A stretch of 64,000 nucleotides of DNA from Octopus bimaculoides. Lineage: Eukaryota. A program made the translations under genes and the position numbers. Below are positions 35,105 to 47,689 of this stretch, piece after piece. The stretch's first letter is position 1. The number at the start of each line of letters is the position of its first letter. The notes under the pieces were generated by a model, which was not told where the DNA came from, ran no database searches, and saw nothing but the letters and a program-made list of their open reading frames with translations. The stretch spans positions 78,945,167 through 79,009,166 of the forward strand of contig NC_068985.1 in NCBI RefSeq assembly GCF_001194135.2, in the 5' to 3' direction.

Positions 35105-38100
35105 TAGGACCACCTTCGGTCATGGCTGACCATGGGTATCACGTCCGTCCATTTATTGTCTAGGTTGGGCCGCTCGGCTTAAGCAGTGCCTCCTGTGGCT
35201 ATGGAGACCAATGTGAGAATGACAGTCTTGGTCACATAGATCGGATCACTATGTGGATTCTGGATTATCGACTGTCAATCCCTTACGTCGGGTTCGCTTT
35301 TCTGTAGCCGCAGCTGACATTTTCCACCTAGTGCGGTCCACTACTAGCTCCTCCCAAGAGTTGATGTCAATGTTGATCGCCTTCATGTCCCTCTGTCCTA
35401 CTGCAAGTTCTCCATAGAGAATGTCTTTTGGGATTCGGCCGTCCTCCATACGGTGAACGTGGCCTAGCCAGCATAGTTGATGTTGTCTCAGCAAGGTGTA
35501 CATGGAAGGGAGGCCAGCACGAGTCAGGACGTCGGTGTTGGTCACCTTGTCCTTCCAGGAGATGCTGACTATGCGTCGTAGGCTTCTGAGATGGAAGCTA
35601 TTCAGCGTTTTTTTCCTGACAGGCGTATGTGGTCCATGTCTTGCTGCCATACAACAGGGTGCTGAGGACACAGGCATTGTACACAGCCATCTTTGTTTTC
35701 ACAGTCAACTTTGGGTTTGTCCACACTCTTGATGCAAGATGCACGAGCGTAGTGGCTACCTTCCCAATGCTCTTGTCAATCTTGGCATCGAGAGAGAGGT
35801 TGTCAGTGATGGTGAACCCAAGGTAGGTGAATTGATGAACAACTTCAAGTTCATAGTCATTGATGGTGACAGCTGGTTGTGCTGGTGTGCCTTGTGCCAG
35901 GACATTTGTCTTCTTCAGGCTGATGGTCAGCCCAAAGTCCTTGCAGGCCTGGGAGAAGTGGTCCATTAGCAGCTGCAGTTCCCATTGGGAGTGGGTCATA
36001 ACTGCAGTGTCGTCAGCAAATAGAATGTCCCTGATGACAGCTTCACAGACCTTTGTCCTCGCTTTTAGGCGGGCAAGATTGAAGAGCCTGCCATCTGATC
36101 TGGTCCACATATAGATTCCTTATTGTGCTGTGCCAAAAGCATGTCTCAGAAGGAGAGAGATCCCAAAGATCGTTGGGGCGAGCACACAGCCTTGCTTGAC
36201 TCCGTTGTGTATGGTATGTCGAAGGGCTCAAAGAGGTTGCCGTTGAACTGCACAGTCCCCTTCATGTTTGAGTGAAAGGACTCAATTAAGCTGTGCAGTG
36301 TTGGAGGGCAGCCAATCTGTCTCTGCTGATGAGGTTGAAGGCCTTGGTGAGGTCGATGAATGCAACATATAGGGGCAGCTGCTGCTCCCTGCACTTTTCC
36401 TGGAGTTGACGAAGGAAGAAGATCAAGACTTCAGTGGACCTTTCAGCTTGGAAGCTGCACTGTGATTCTGGGTAGACATGCTCAGCCAACTTCTGCAGAT
36501 AGGTCAGAAGGACCTGGGGATAGACTTTGCCAACAATGTTGAGGAGGGAGATGACCCTATAGTTGTTACAGTCGCTTCTTTCACCCTTGTTTTTGTACAG
36601 GGTAACAATCTTTGCATCTCTCATGTCTTGCGGAACAGCTCCCTCTCTCCAGCACTGGCAGAGGACTTCATGCAAAGGGTGCAGTAGGGTAATTTTACAA
36701 TGCTTGATGAGATCTGGTGGGATGTTGTTGCTGCCTGGAGCTTTGCCTGCTGCTAGGTTGTCGATGGCCTTGCTGAGCTCATACATGGTTGGCTCTGCAT
36801 CAAGCTCTTCCATGACCGACATGCACTTGATGGCGTCAAGGGCTGAAGAGATCACTGTGCTCCCTCTCTGGAATAGAGCTCCACCCATCTGTCCATTTGT
36901 CGGCCTTGATCAGTGATGACTTCCCCAGTGAGGGATTTGAGGTGGGGGCATCTTATTCTGCATTGGTCCCAGCGCCCTCTTGATGCCATCGTACATCCCT
37001 CTGATGCTGCCAATTGCGGTGGCCATCTGGATCAACTTGCTGAGCTCTGTCCAGTACTCAATAGTGCAGCACCTGGCAGTGTGCTGGACCTTGCTCCTGA
37101 CAGCCCTCAGAATCTGTAGGTTCCTCTCAGTGGGTGACCGCTTATATTCCGCCAGTGCACCTCGTTTGGCCTCAATTACAGGGGTCATCTCAAGCAACTT
37201 GGCCTTGAACCAGTCATGTGACTTTGAGGTCTTCTTTCTGAAGATAGACAAGGCTGTGCGATAGATTGTATCTTGCAGAGTTTCCCATCTCTCTGTGGCA
37301 GTATCTCTGGACTGTGCTGCATCATACTCCTCCTCACAGGCCTCTGAAAACTGTTCTACAAGGACGGGCTGAGACATCTTGTTGACATCAATGTGTGGGG
37401 TTCCTGATTTTTTTGGACAGTATAACTTTTTGGGTTGTAGCCTGATCTTGCAGCACACCAAGAAGTGGTCTGTGTTGCAGTCTGTGCTGTGGTAAGATCG
37501 CGTGTGGAGAACATACTTGATGGTGGCACGCCTGACCAGGATCAGATCCAGTTGGTGCCAATGCTTTGAGCGTGGATGTCTTGAAGACACTTTGTGTTGG
37601 GGCTTGGTCTTGAAGAAGGAGTTAGTGATGCCCAGGTCGTGAAAAGTGCAGAGCTCGAGCAGTCGCTGTCCATTCTCATTTGATTTCTCCACCCCGGATG
37701 GACCGAGGTAAGAAGGCCATGAGTCATTGTCAGCACCCACTCTGGCATTGAAGTCGACCAGAAGTTGTTCGCTAATGGGAATGCTCTTGATAGTGGATGC
37801 AAGGTTCTTTTAGAACTTGTCCTTGGCATCTGTGGCAGCGGACATTGTCAGGGAATACACACTGATGAGGGTGACAGGGCCTTCGGTAATGTTGAGGCAA
37901 AGAATTAGGAGCCCCTCAGAGCTGCCAATGCCTGGTTCTACCATCCTCAGCAAGCTGTTCTTTATTGCAAAGCCTATTCCATGTTCTCTGGGCTCATCAG
38001 AGATCTTCCCTTTCCAGAGGAATGTGTAGTCCCTCTCCCTCAGTGTGTCTGCATTGGCTAAGGCTAACCGTGTTTCCTGCAGAGCAGCAATATCAACGTT

Positions 38101-38935
38101 CAGTCTCTTGAGCTCCTCATTAATGACCCGAAGGTCCTGGGAAAGGCCAGGCATCATTGTTTGGACATTCCAACATCCCAGTTTTAGAGCTGGTCTCTTT
38201 TTGATAACATTTCTGTTTTTGCCTGGTGCGGCAGCTAACAATCTGCTTGTCGGATGTTCTAATCCCCATGCACCCAATGAGGAAAGCAAGCTGTGGTGGG
38301 CCAACACCTTACTGGCTGCGTCTGCCTAACTTGAGGTGGCCAGTAGCTGTCCAATGAGACTAGAAGATCTCTCCCACCATTGGAAGCAACCCCTGGCGCC
38401 GCACTCTACGCCAATCGAGTAAAGGCTTATAACCGGTATCTGCTGCTTCCCATGTTGTGTTGACACCAAATAAATGGCAAAGCTGGCATGTCCTCTCCAG
38501 GCGCAGGTGCGCATGCTTAATGATGGCATAGATGGATGTGAGCTTGAGCAATGTAGTATGGAGAACAGGTTGTTGCCCATGCAACTTGCCCCCCTCTCCA
38601 CCTCGCTGACGAATGCAAAGGAACAGCAGGCTGCTACAGTTTGGTGCCAACGTGGTCGCAGGGGCTGCCAGGACGAAGTTGAAGTCAACATCAAGCTGAC
38701 TCAGGGGCTCCGACTCCTGATTTTTCCGTGAGTTTTACTCCTGAAGCCTTTCCTGTGATCAGGTATCCTGCAAGATGGCAGAGGTTTGAAATCAAGGTTT
38801 CCCTTTCCCTAGGTGGGCTGCCCTCCAGGGTTGACGAGCCCCCACCTACCTGAAACAACTGGTTTTGAGGTGCCAGATACCCGCCTTTGCCCCTTCTCCC
38901 ATCAGTGGTAGTAGTTCTGCCGGGCTTAGAAGATA
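35105..38935 (-). mobile_element. Near full-length RTE-clade (BovB/RTE-1-like) LINE
   Basis: About 750-bp 5' UTR, a single broken EN+RT ORF, and the 3' end cccatggtcagccatgaccgaaggtggtcc at about 35107. No TSD found. Confidence 0.95.
35180..38200 (-). pseudogene. RTE APE endonuclease + reverse transcriptase ORF, frameshifted
   Basis: EN: LGCWNVQTM...DIAALQETRL, WHQLDLILVRR...TDH. RT: KAPGSNNIPPDL, NYRVISLLNIVGK, FIDLTKAF, GVKQGCVLAP, LFADD, FTYLG, LLYGSKTW, WLGHVHRMEDGRIPK. Spread over at least five frames. Confidence 0.93.
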
Positions 38936-39284
38936 AGCAGACATACAATATATATACAATTTAAAAACACAATATACAATATGTACACACACACTAAAAT
39001 ACAATATATACAATACACACACACACACACACAAACACTCCACAAACACATGTAGTTGAATGACCATTGATTACATTGTAGTTCCTCCGCCCTTTGACGG
39101 GTCTTATTTTTTATCCCACAGGGTGTTTAACAAGCAACTACCTCACCAAGCAAGCCTGGTGGGGTTGCCAGTTTAGTCGTCGACGACCTGACCATGGAAC
39201 AGGTTGTACAGGACTACATGGTACCAGTATAGCACTCAATGTCAATAATAATAATAATAATAATTATTATTATTATTATTATTA

Positions 39285-39715
39285 CGAGGGTGAGTCAAAA
39301 AGTAATGCCATTTTGTTTAGGACAGGTATAATTACCAACACAGGAACATGTATCATACATCAAAATGAAACTGGTCCTCTGTGGAGTCACCGTTTCTCTC
39401 AATAGCAATGTTCTACTTTTGAATGAGAGCATGTATCCCTGCCCCGTAAAATTCTGTTGACTGTTGTTTGAGCCACTTCTTCACTAGTTTTCACTTCCTC
39501 ATCACTGGAATAATGTTTTCCTCTCAAACCCTCTTTCATGGGGTTGAAGAGATGATAGTCCAGCAACATTACTATCGACAGAAACGGTGACTATGTTGAG
39601 AAGTAGGGATGTAATCCACAGAGGACCAGCTTCATTTTGATGTATGATACATGTTCCTGTGTTGGTAATTATACCTGTACTAAACAATATGGCATTACTT
39701 TTTGACTCACCTTCG
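39285..39715. mobile_element. Non-autonomous mariner derivative with ~100-bp inverted ends, TA-flanked
   Basis: TA-cgagggtgagtcaaaaagtaatgcc ... ggcattactttttgactcaccttcg-TA. Interior encodes the mariner transposase C-terminus (SDEEVKT.VKKWLKQQSTEFYGAGIHAL...IERNGD; RNGDYVEK*). Confidence 0.9.
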
Positions 39716-42700
39716 TATTATTATTATTATTATTATATACTTCACTGACCATGAAGTCTCAAGGTTAGGGACAATAAGACAAATAAATGAAAACGTAGTG
39801 GATTTATATTCCAGTAAAACAAAAACAAAAAAACTTGTAAGAAAAAATCCCAGCAAATACGAAGTATGATGGAGGTGGGANNNNNNNNNNNNNNNNNNNN
39901 NNNNNNNNNNNNNNNNNNNNNNNNNNNNNNNNNNNNNNNNNNNNNNNNNNNNNNNNNNNNNNNNNNNNNNNNNNNNNNNNNNNNNNNNNNNNNNNNNNNN
40001 NNNNNNNNNNNNNNNNNNNNNNNNNNNNNNNNNNNNNNNNNNNNNNNNNNNNNNNNNNNNNNNNNNNNNNNNNNNNNNNNNNNNNNNNNNNNNNNNNNNN
40101 NNNNNNNNNNNNNNNNNNNNNNNNNNNNNNNNNNNNNNNNNNNNNNNNNNNNNNNNNNNNNNNNNNNNNNNNNNNNNNNNNNNNNNNNNNNNNNNNNNNN
40201 NNNNNNNNNNNNNNNNNNNNNNNNNNNNNNNNNNNNNNNNNNNNNNNNNNNNNNNNNNNNNNNNNNNNNNNNNNNNNNNNNNNNNNNNNNNNNNNNNNNN
40301 NNNNNNNNNNNNNNNNNNNNNNNNNNNNNNNNNNNNNNNNNNNNNNNNNNNNNNNNNNNNNNNNNNNNNNNNNNNNNNNNNNNNNNNNNNNNNNNNNNNN
40401 NNNNNNNNNNNNNNNNNNNNNNNNNNNNNNNNNNNNNNNNNNNCTTCCAGAATTGTAATCTACGATGTTTAAAGCGTATTTGAAGAAATTACGGCTTTTG
40501 GCGCACTAGATAATTTCTGACGTTATTCCATAGGAAAACCCTTTAAGGGTAAAAGTGTGAGTAGCATTAATATATTCAAGCACGTTAGTTCAATGCGTAA
40601 AGCTTCTGTGCGCGCGCATATATGCGTACAGTGAAAATTGTTAGAACAGAGAATAAATAGTGTTCAAAACGACCGTGGTGGTTGTTGTGATGGTGGCGAG
40701 GACGTTAGGTATGGGAGAAAATAATTGTGAAAGTGAGTGGTGGTGTAGAGACGAGACGGTTCTTCCATTTATGTTCGCTTACAAAACCAACCCAACACAA
40801 TTACCGCACGTTATATACTTCCTATAACCACCCAAACCAAACCAATACAACCATCATCATCACCACCGCCTGAAAACCACTACAACGACTAAAAACCGGA
40901 ACACGCACTACCACCACTACAACACGTACCACGACCAATAACTTAACTACGCAGTGGAATTAATACCTGCTTCATACATGAAATCGCTAACATTGATTTC
41001 CTAAACTATGCTCAACATGTATAGGACACCTATAGGGTTGTATCTAAACATCCCTACAAGATGAGACGGTGTATACGGTTTCTATTTCCGAATGAAGCCA
41101 ATTCTCTTCACCGAAATTACGTTTGTGAAACTAATATTACAACAACCCAGTGAGCTAAAAATAAATCTTCCAGAAGGTGAGGAAATGTGTTTATCGACCG
41201 ACGTAAGTTGAGCGAATTCAAAGTTTTCGACCTGGTCATACCATCAAGCTAGAAAGAGCAGCTACTATATCTATCAAGAGATTACCACCCTACATGTGAT
41301 TCCCAATATTTTTAACTAATAGAGGTGAAATAATAGTAATAGTTTCCGATTCAGGTACAAGGCCAACAATTCGAGGGAAGAGTGTTAATCATTACCAACG
41401 ATTACCACCTCTGTCTGGCTGGTACTTTAATTTACCGACAAAGTGTTGAAAGGTAATAGACCGATAGAATAAGTGTCAGGCTTTGAAAAAAAGTTCTGGG
41501 GTCGATTTGTTCGACTAAAGCCCTTCAAAGGAGTGCTCCAGCATGGCCGCAGTCAGATGACTGGAACAAACAAAAGAATAAAAGACATATATATATATAT
41601 AAGCATGTCAGTATGGTAAGAAGTTTACTTCCCAACTGCATAACACCTGGAAACTGAAAGAAGTCCGTCAAATGTGTGTGTATGTATGTATGTAAGTGCG
41701 CGTTTTTATGTGTTCGTTCCCCACCACCTGTTGACAAATGGAGTTGATTTGTTTACGTTCGATTCGTTCCAATAACCCCTACGTAAAAGATAAAAGACGT
41801 AAGAAAACATTGCAACTCACTGTGGAACTTCTACTGACCTCCTGCTATTATACTTTTGTATTTGTTCTCTATAAGTTACGTTTATGTATGGTTAAACTGG
41901 CAACATTATCATCCCCAAATCCAACAATCTCTTTATTGTACATATGTCATAATCTGACTTGATATCTGTTGTCTGCCTATTTTTGCTGTGCTGTTAGAGA
42001 AATGACTCGGTTTAAATGCTGATCGGTTTAAAATCTTGAGCTACAGTGGCTGCCAGAATAAGATGACCAATATGGAAAATGAGTAAATGAAGAAATCAAC
42101 AAGGTATGGGAAAAAAAGTTTTCAAATTTTGGCACGAGGCCAGCATTTTCAAAGGTGGAGGCAAGTCGATCCCAGAGCTCAATTGGTAGTTATTTTATTG
42201 ATCCCGAAAGGATGAAAGGTAAAGTCGACCTCGGCGAATAAAACAACAGCGGAGTTTTGGAATATGTCCTTCGGAGACCCAAACTCATGGGAAAACGAAA
42301 AGGGTAAGAAAGTGGTGTGGGATGAACAAAATGCAAAAAAAATCGTTTTGGAGAATTTCCGTTGTATGAAGTACGAGTACCTAAGAAAAAGAAAAGAAAG
42401 CGAAAAAGAAAATACCGTTCTCCTTTCTTGTTAGTGACTCAAAGAATAGCTATTCCAAAACCCTAAAAAACTAACGTTAGAAAACTGGTTTCAAATTTTA
42501 GCGAAAGGCCAGTTTGACGGAAGAGGTGAGTCGATTACATCGATCCCGGTGCTTAATTGATATTTATTTTATCAACCGAGAAGATGAAAGGCAAAGTCGA
42601 CCTCGAAAGAGTTTGAAACTCAGAAGGTAAAGACGGATGAAATGCCTCTAAACATTTTGTCCGGAATAAGTGTAAGATTATAGGGAAAAGACTAGAAATA

Positions 42701-43872
42701 ATAGAGGTCGGCATTAGTCGATTAAATCGTTTCCCATTACTTGACTGGTACTTTATATTTTAGAAGGAAAGTTAAGTTGGCCTAGGCAGGATTTTAACTC
42801 AAAATGTAAATAACCCGCAAAACTCGCTGGAATTTCATACAAACACTAACACTGCAAGTTTAATTGGTAACGCGGTCGAGTCTTTTATTATGATTCCATT
42901 TACATCAAGCATGTTTTATATGAATGTTAATTAAGTCAGCTACAATACTTGTCAGCTGTTGCACGATTTTGGTGAGCGAATTGCCAAACCATTTTACAAA
43001 ACAAAGCACCGTTTTCACATCGTAGATCCTAATGATGTAGCAATTACATTCGAACGCAATAGAAGAGATATGAAAATTTCATCGAAATAAAACACTGCAT
43101 CACGCAAGAAACTTTTGGTAATTCTTTTCTCAACTTGGAAGTGTTAGTTTACCAAGAGTCATTATCACAAAGATAAGATATTGGCGATCTTACTATAAAT
43201 GAAGATTGATTTACCGTGTAATGGTTTGGCAATTGTTTTTCACTGAGTTGTCCATCGCTTATATACATAAAAGGAAAGATCGTCCGATGAAGAAAAGTCA
43301 TGAGGATTTCAAATTGGAGCGTGAATAGCCGTAACTAAATATTGTAAACACTTTTTCATGATTATCTCCACAGAATTCGTGCTATTCAAATTTTGTTCGT
43401 CAACGAGCCTACACTTTGAGTCTCAAATTAGTGAATAACGTTGTTTGTCGTTATTCTTTCGTTTTATAATAAACGAAATGATAAAGGAAAATACTACAAG
43501 TAATCATTATTAAAAAGCTGAGATTTTGAAAGAAAAATTGAGGAAAAGGGTGCCGATACAGCTGCCTGGACTTTCACGCTTTTATTTTATGATCACAAAC
43601 TGAAAGAATGGCTCTCTCTCTCTACGAACATATACATCTCGTAAGAAGGCCATAATCCTTATGTGTGTGTATAAATATATATATATACACACACATACAC
43701 ACACGTACATACGTATATATATATATATTATATATATATATATTATATATATATATANNNNNNNNNNNNNNNNNNNNNNNNNNNNNNNNNNNNNNNNNNN
43801 NNNNNNNNNNNNNNNNNNNNNNNNNNNNNNNNNNNNNNNNNNNNNNNNNNNNNNNNNNNNNNNNNNNNNNNN

Positions 43873-43920
<48 letters not shown>

Positions 43921-44870
43921 GAAGGAGCAAGAGACAGGAGCACAGATCACTGGCAAGGCCCTCACATCTGGACGAAGTCACGCAGAAGACCCGTTACCAC
44001 TTCTCCGTCATTTATCTATTCCCAATACTGCTTTACAAAATTATATCATTGATCTAATTTCCACTCAGTTACACACATACACTATACACACACGGTAAAC
44101 AAAGATCGCACAAGGCGAAATATATAGGCGTCTGAGCAATAAACTGTCTGACAGTAACGCTCCATATCAACTGTGATCCAACAGCTCTGTGATCTAAGGG
44201 TTTTTTTGGGGTTTTTTTTTTTTACAGTGTATGTAATCTAGAACTACAGTAAGCGATGGGTCCAAGTCTTTCTTTTAAGACAGTAGGGTGTCGTATGAAA
44301 CAAACCCGGCAGTATTTTCTAGTGCAATTTCTCTTCGTTTCCTCGGCGTGCTGAATATTTAAAAGAATGAAGAAAAAATCCTTTCCAACTTCGCGTGGAA
44401 AATAATATTTTAAGCGTATTTGAAAAAGATAGTAATCTCTGTCTCTGTATGTATGTATGTATGTATGTATGTGTATATATATATATATAGTGTATATAAC
44501 AAAATTATAAATAACATATGCTTGTCTTTGTCTGAAATGTCCTTTTAAAATCCGCGATTCACCTAACCCTTTTATAAAAGGACAGTTCTTCCTCATAAGC
44601 TCGGTTAAGTCGTCGTCGTCGTAGTAGTAGTAGTAGTAACAGCAGCAATACAGGTAGCGGAGTTGTTACTCGGTCCTTGCTCAACATCCCAATTGACAGC
44701 ATTAGACAGCAGGCAGCCTTGTAGAATTAGTGAAACAAATAGACTCAACTATATTTTTTAAAAAAACAGTCTGATACTTATTCTATCGTTATCTTTTACC
44801 AGACCGCTAGGTTGGGGGAACATAAGCCCATCAAAGGAGGGAGGGAGACAAACGTAAACCCAAAGAGACG

Positions 44871-45052
44871 CTACTTAAATATAGAGGTCCCGATGCATCT
44901 ACGTAACGATATGAAGGGGAGGTAACCTAGTTTTACCAAAACTTAAATTTTTAGGGTTAGGGTTATGTGAGGTCACAGGAGTTTTGGTAAAACTAGATTA
45001 CCTCCCTTCTATATCGTTACGTAGATGCATAGGGACCTCTGTATTTAAGCAG
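44871..45052. mobile_element. Hairpin/MITE-like element: 73-bp inverted arms, loop containing TTAGGG x2
   Basis: Arms 44871-44943 and 44980-45052 differ at only about 5-6 positions; loop taaatttttagggttagggttatgtgaggtcacagg. Sits within a family B SINE. Confidence 0.8.
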
Positions 45053-45422
45053 TACCCCCAAAGATACCAACGGGCGCGAATATATACGACGGGCTTCCAT
45101 ACAATTTCTGTCCACTAAACCCATTCACAAGATCGAGACCACCTCCACACTAGGATCAAAAATGTTTCTAACCGTGATCATCCCATTGGCTTTTGCCAGA
45201 GTCTTATCTAGGATTACGTGATTCAATGTGGTTAGCGTAAATGAGGGACAATTTGGCAGCCATTTTGAGCAGGTAAGTTGAGAGACTAAGTAGAGGCCCC
45301 ATCGCTGGTGGTATAAATTCAGTAACACGTACCGGTGATAAACTTAATACTACTATCAGCGAGAGGAAACCTCATTTATCTTTCACTTGCTTCAGCTCAC
45401 GGTAATGTACAGATAAGGACAG

Positions 45423-45458
<36 letters not shown>

Positions 45459-45769
45459 NNNNNNNNNNNNNNNNNNNNNNNNNNNNNNNNNNNNNNNNNN
45501 NNNNNNNNNNNNNNNNNNNNNNNNNNNNNNNNNNNNNNNNNNNNNNNNNNNNNNNNNNNNNNNNNNNNNNNNNNNNNNNNNNNNNNNNNNNNNNNNNNNN
45601 NNNNNNNNNNNNNNNNNNNNNNNNNNNNNNNNNNNNNNNNNNNNNNNNNNNNNNNNNNNNNNNNNNNNNNNNNNNNNNNNNNNNNNNNNNNNNNNNNNNN
45701 NNNNNNNGAAACGTTACCACGCTGGGCGAAATGTTTAGCGGCATTTCGCCCATCCTTACGTTCTTTAAT

Positions 45770-46110
45770 TTGTCATTTGACTGCGACCATGCTGGAGCAC
45801 CGCCTTTAGTCGAGCAAATCGACCCCAGGACTTACTCTTTGTAAGCCTAATACTTAGTCTATCGATTCTCTTTTTGCCGAACAGCTAAGTTACGGAGACG
45901 TAAACACACCAGCATTGGTTGTCAAGCGATGTTGGGGGACAGACACACAAACACCACACACATATATATATACACGACGAGCTTCTTTCAGTTTCCGTCT
46001 ACCAAATCCACTGACAAAGCTTTGGTCGACCCGAGGCTATAGTAGAAGACACTTGGCCAAGGTTCCACGCAGTGGGACTGAACCCGGAACCATGTGGTTG
46101 GGAGCAAGCT
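45770..46110 (-). mobile_element. CORE-like SINE family B, CpG-intact
   Basis: gactgcgaccatgctggagcaccgcc...gtagaagacacttggccaaggttccacgcagtgggactgaacccggaacc. Confidence 0.85.
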
Positions 46111-47061
46111 ACTTTATATATATATTTTTCAGAATGAGATAAAAAAATAACCCAAGGCTGTGAAGATTTTAGAACATTTATAAATAGGTCTTACAGATGT
46201 TTCCGGGATATTTTTTATATCCCTTCATCGGAGACGGTGTGAGAAATATGGTTAAGCAATAGTTAATTTAGATAAGATATGAATACCATTACCTCTCATA
46301 ACCTATATATATATACGAGAGAGAGAGAGAATGAAGGAGAGAGAAAATGAAAATTCTTGAAAAGAACAAGATCAGAAATCCCAAAAGAATACGAGATACA
46401 AGTTAAAAGTTAATTTATAGGGCAACTACGTATATAAGATTTAATGTTTAAATCCTGTTATATATTGTGAAGTGGGTGTGTGTGCGAGCGCCTAGAAATA
46501 CTGGCATTCTCCAAATAGAATCGATTGGAATTGCAATCAAATTTTGTAAAACATTCCAGAGATTGTCCATTTGAGATTCTGGAACTGAACACATGAACAC
46601 AATCATATATATATATATATATAAAATACACACACATGGACAGCACACTCACTAGACGAGTGCAAGTTTATCCACACGCACATCAATTAATTAAGATGAG
46701 AAACCCTGTTATAAACAAAAAAAAAAAAAGCTTTGCCACTATTAGTTCGAGACTGGCTTGAATTCTGCAAGCGGCAAAATAGATCCCCAAGAAACGCAGN
46801 NNNNNNNNNNNNNNNNNNNNNNNNNNNNNNNNNNNNNNNNNNNNNNNNNNNNNNNNNNNNNNNNNNNNNNNNNNNNNNNNNNNNNNNNNNNNNNNNNNNN
46901 NNNNNNNNNNNNNNNNNNNNNNNNNNNNNNNNNNNNNNNNNNNNNNNNNNNNNNNNNNNNNNNNNNNNNNNNNNNNNNNNNNNNNNNNNNNNNNNNNNNN
47001 NNNNNNNNNNNNNNNNNNNNNNNNNNNNNNNNNNNNNNNNNNNNNNNNNNNNNNNTTATAT

Positions 47062-47097
<36 letters not shown>

Positions 47098-47292
47098 CAT
47101 TATTACATGGAAAAATGCGAGCATGAAAAGTCATATTCTTAAGATTATAAACCTGGAAAAGTACAGGACAAGTTATTACACATGGAAAAGTATAGGACAA
47201 ACTATTACTTCTAGTAAGATAAAGAATAAGAATAGAAATAATACATTTCTAAATCTCTCAGAGAGATTTATGCAGTAGTGATGCGATAAAGA

Positions 47293-47689
47293 AGTTGTAT
47301 GCTGTTAACTTAATGTGACAGTCCCATGAAGGGAATAATACTACTGCTATTTAGCCGTAGGAAGCAGCACCTCTTCCTGTCGACCTTGACATATTTCCTG
47401 TGTCCTTATGTTTACAAGGAGACAAGCACCCCCACTTAGTTAAGCTTGCATCCAGAGACATCTCCAACTAGCAGGCCATTGCTACTCCAGACTAATGACG
47501 AGCAAAGACTCTGAAACATGTCTCTGGATGCAGGTTTAGCTAAGTGGGGGTGTTTGTCTCCTTCTTGTAAACATAAGGACACAGGAAATGTGTCAAGGCC
47601 GACAAGAAGCGGTGCTGCTTCCTAGGGCTAAATAGCAGAAGTATTATTCCCTTCATGGAACTGTCACATTAAGTTGACAGCATACAACT
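47293..47689. mobile_element. Foldback element, ~169-bp arms with ~55-bp spacer
   Basis: agttgtatgctgttaacttaatgtgacag...gcatccagagacat versus atgtctctggatgc...ctgtcacattaagttgacagcatacaact. Superfamily and TSD not determined. Confidence 0.85.

Noticed and set aside
38700-38935. Possible HDV-like ribozyme at the RTE 5' end (known from some RTE elements)
   Set aside because: Only a simple hairpin (taggtggg-ggctc...gagc-ccaccta) was visible; I could not build the nested double pseudoknot by eye. An RNArobo or Infernal search would settle it.
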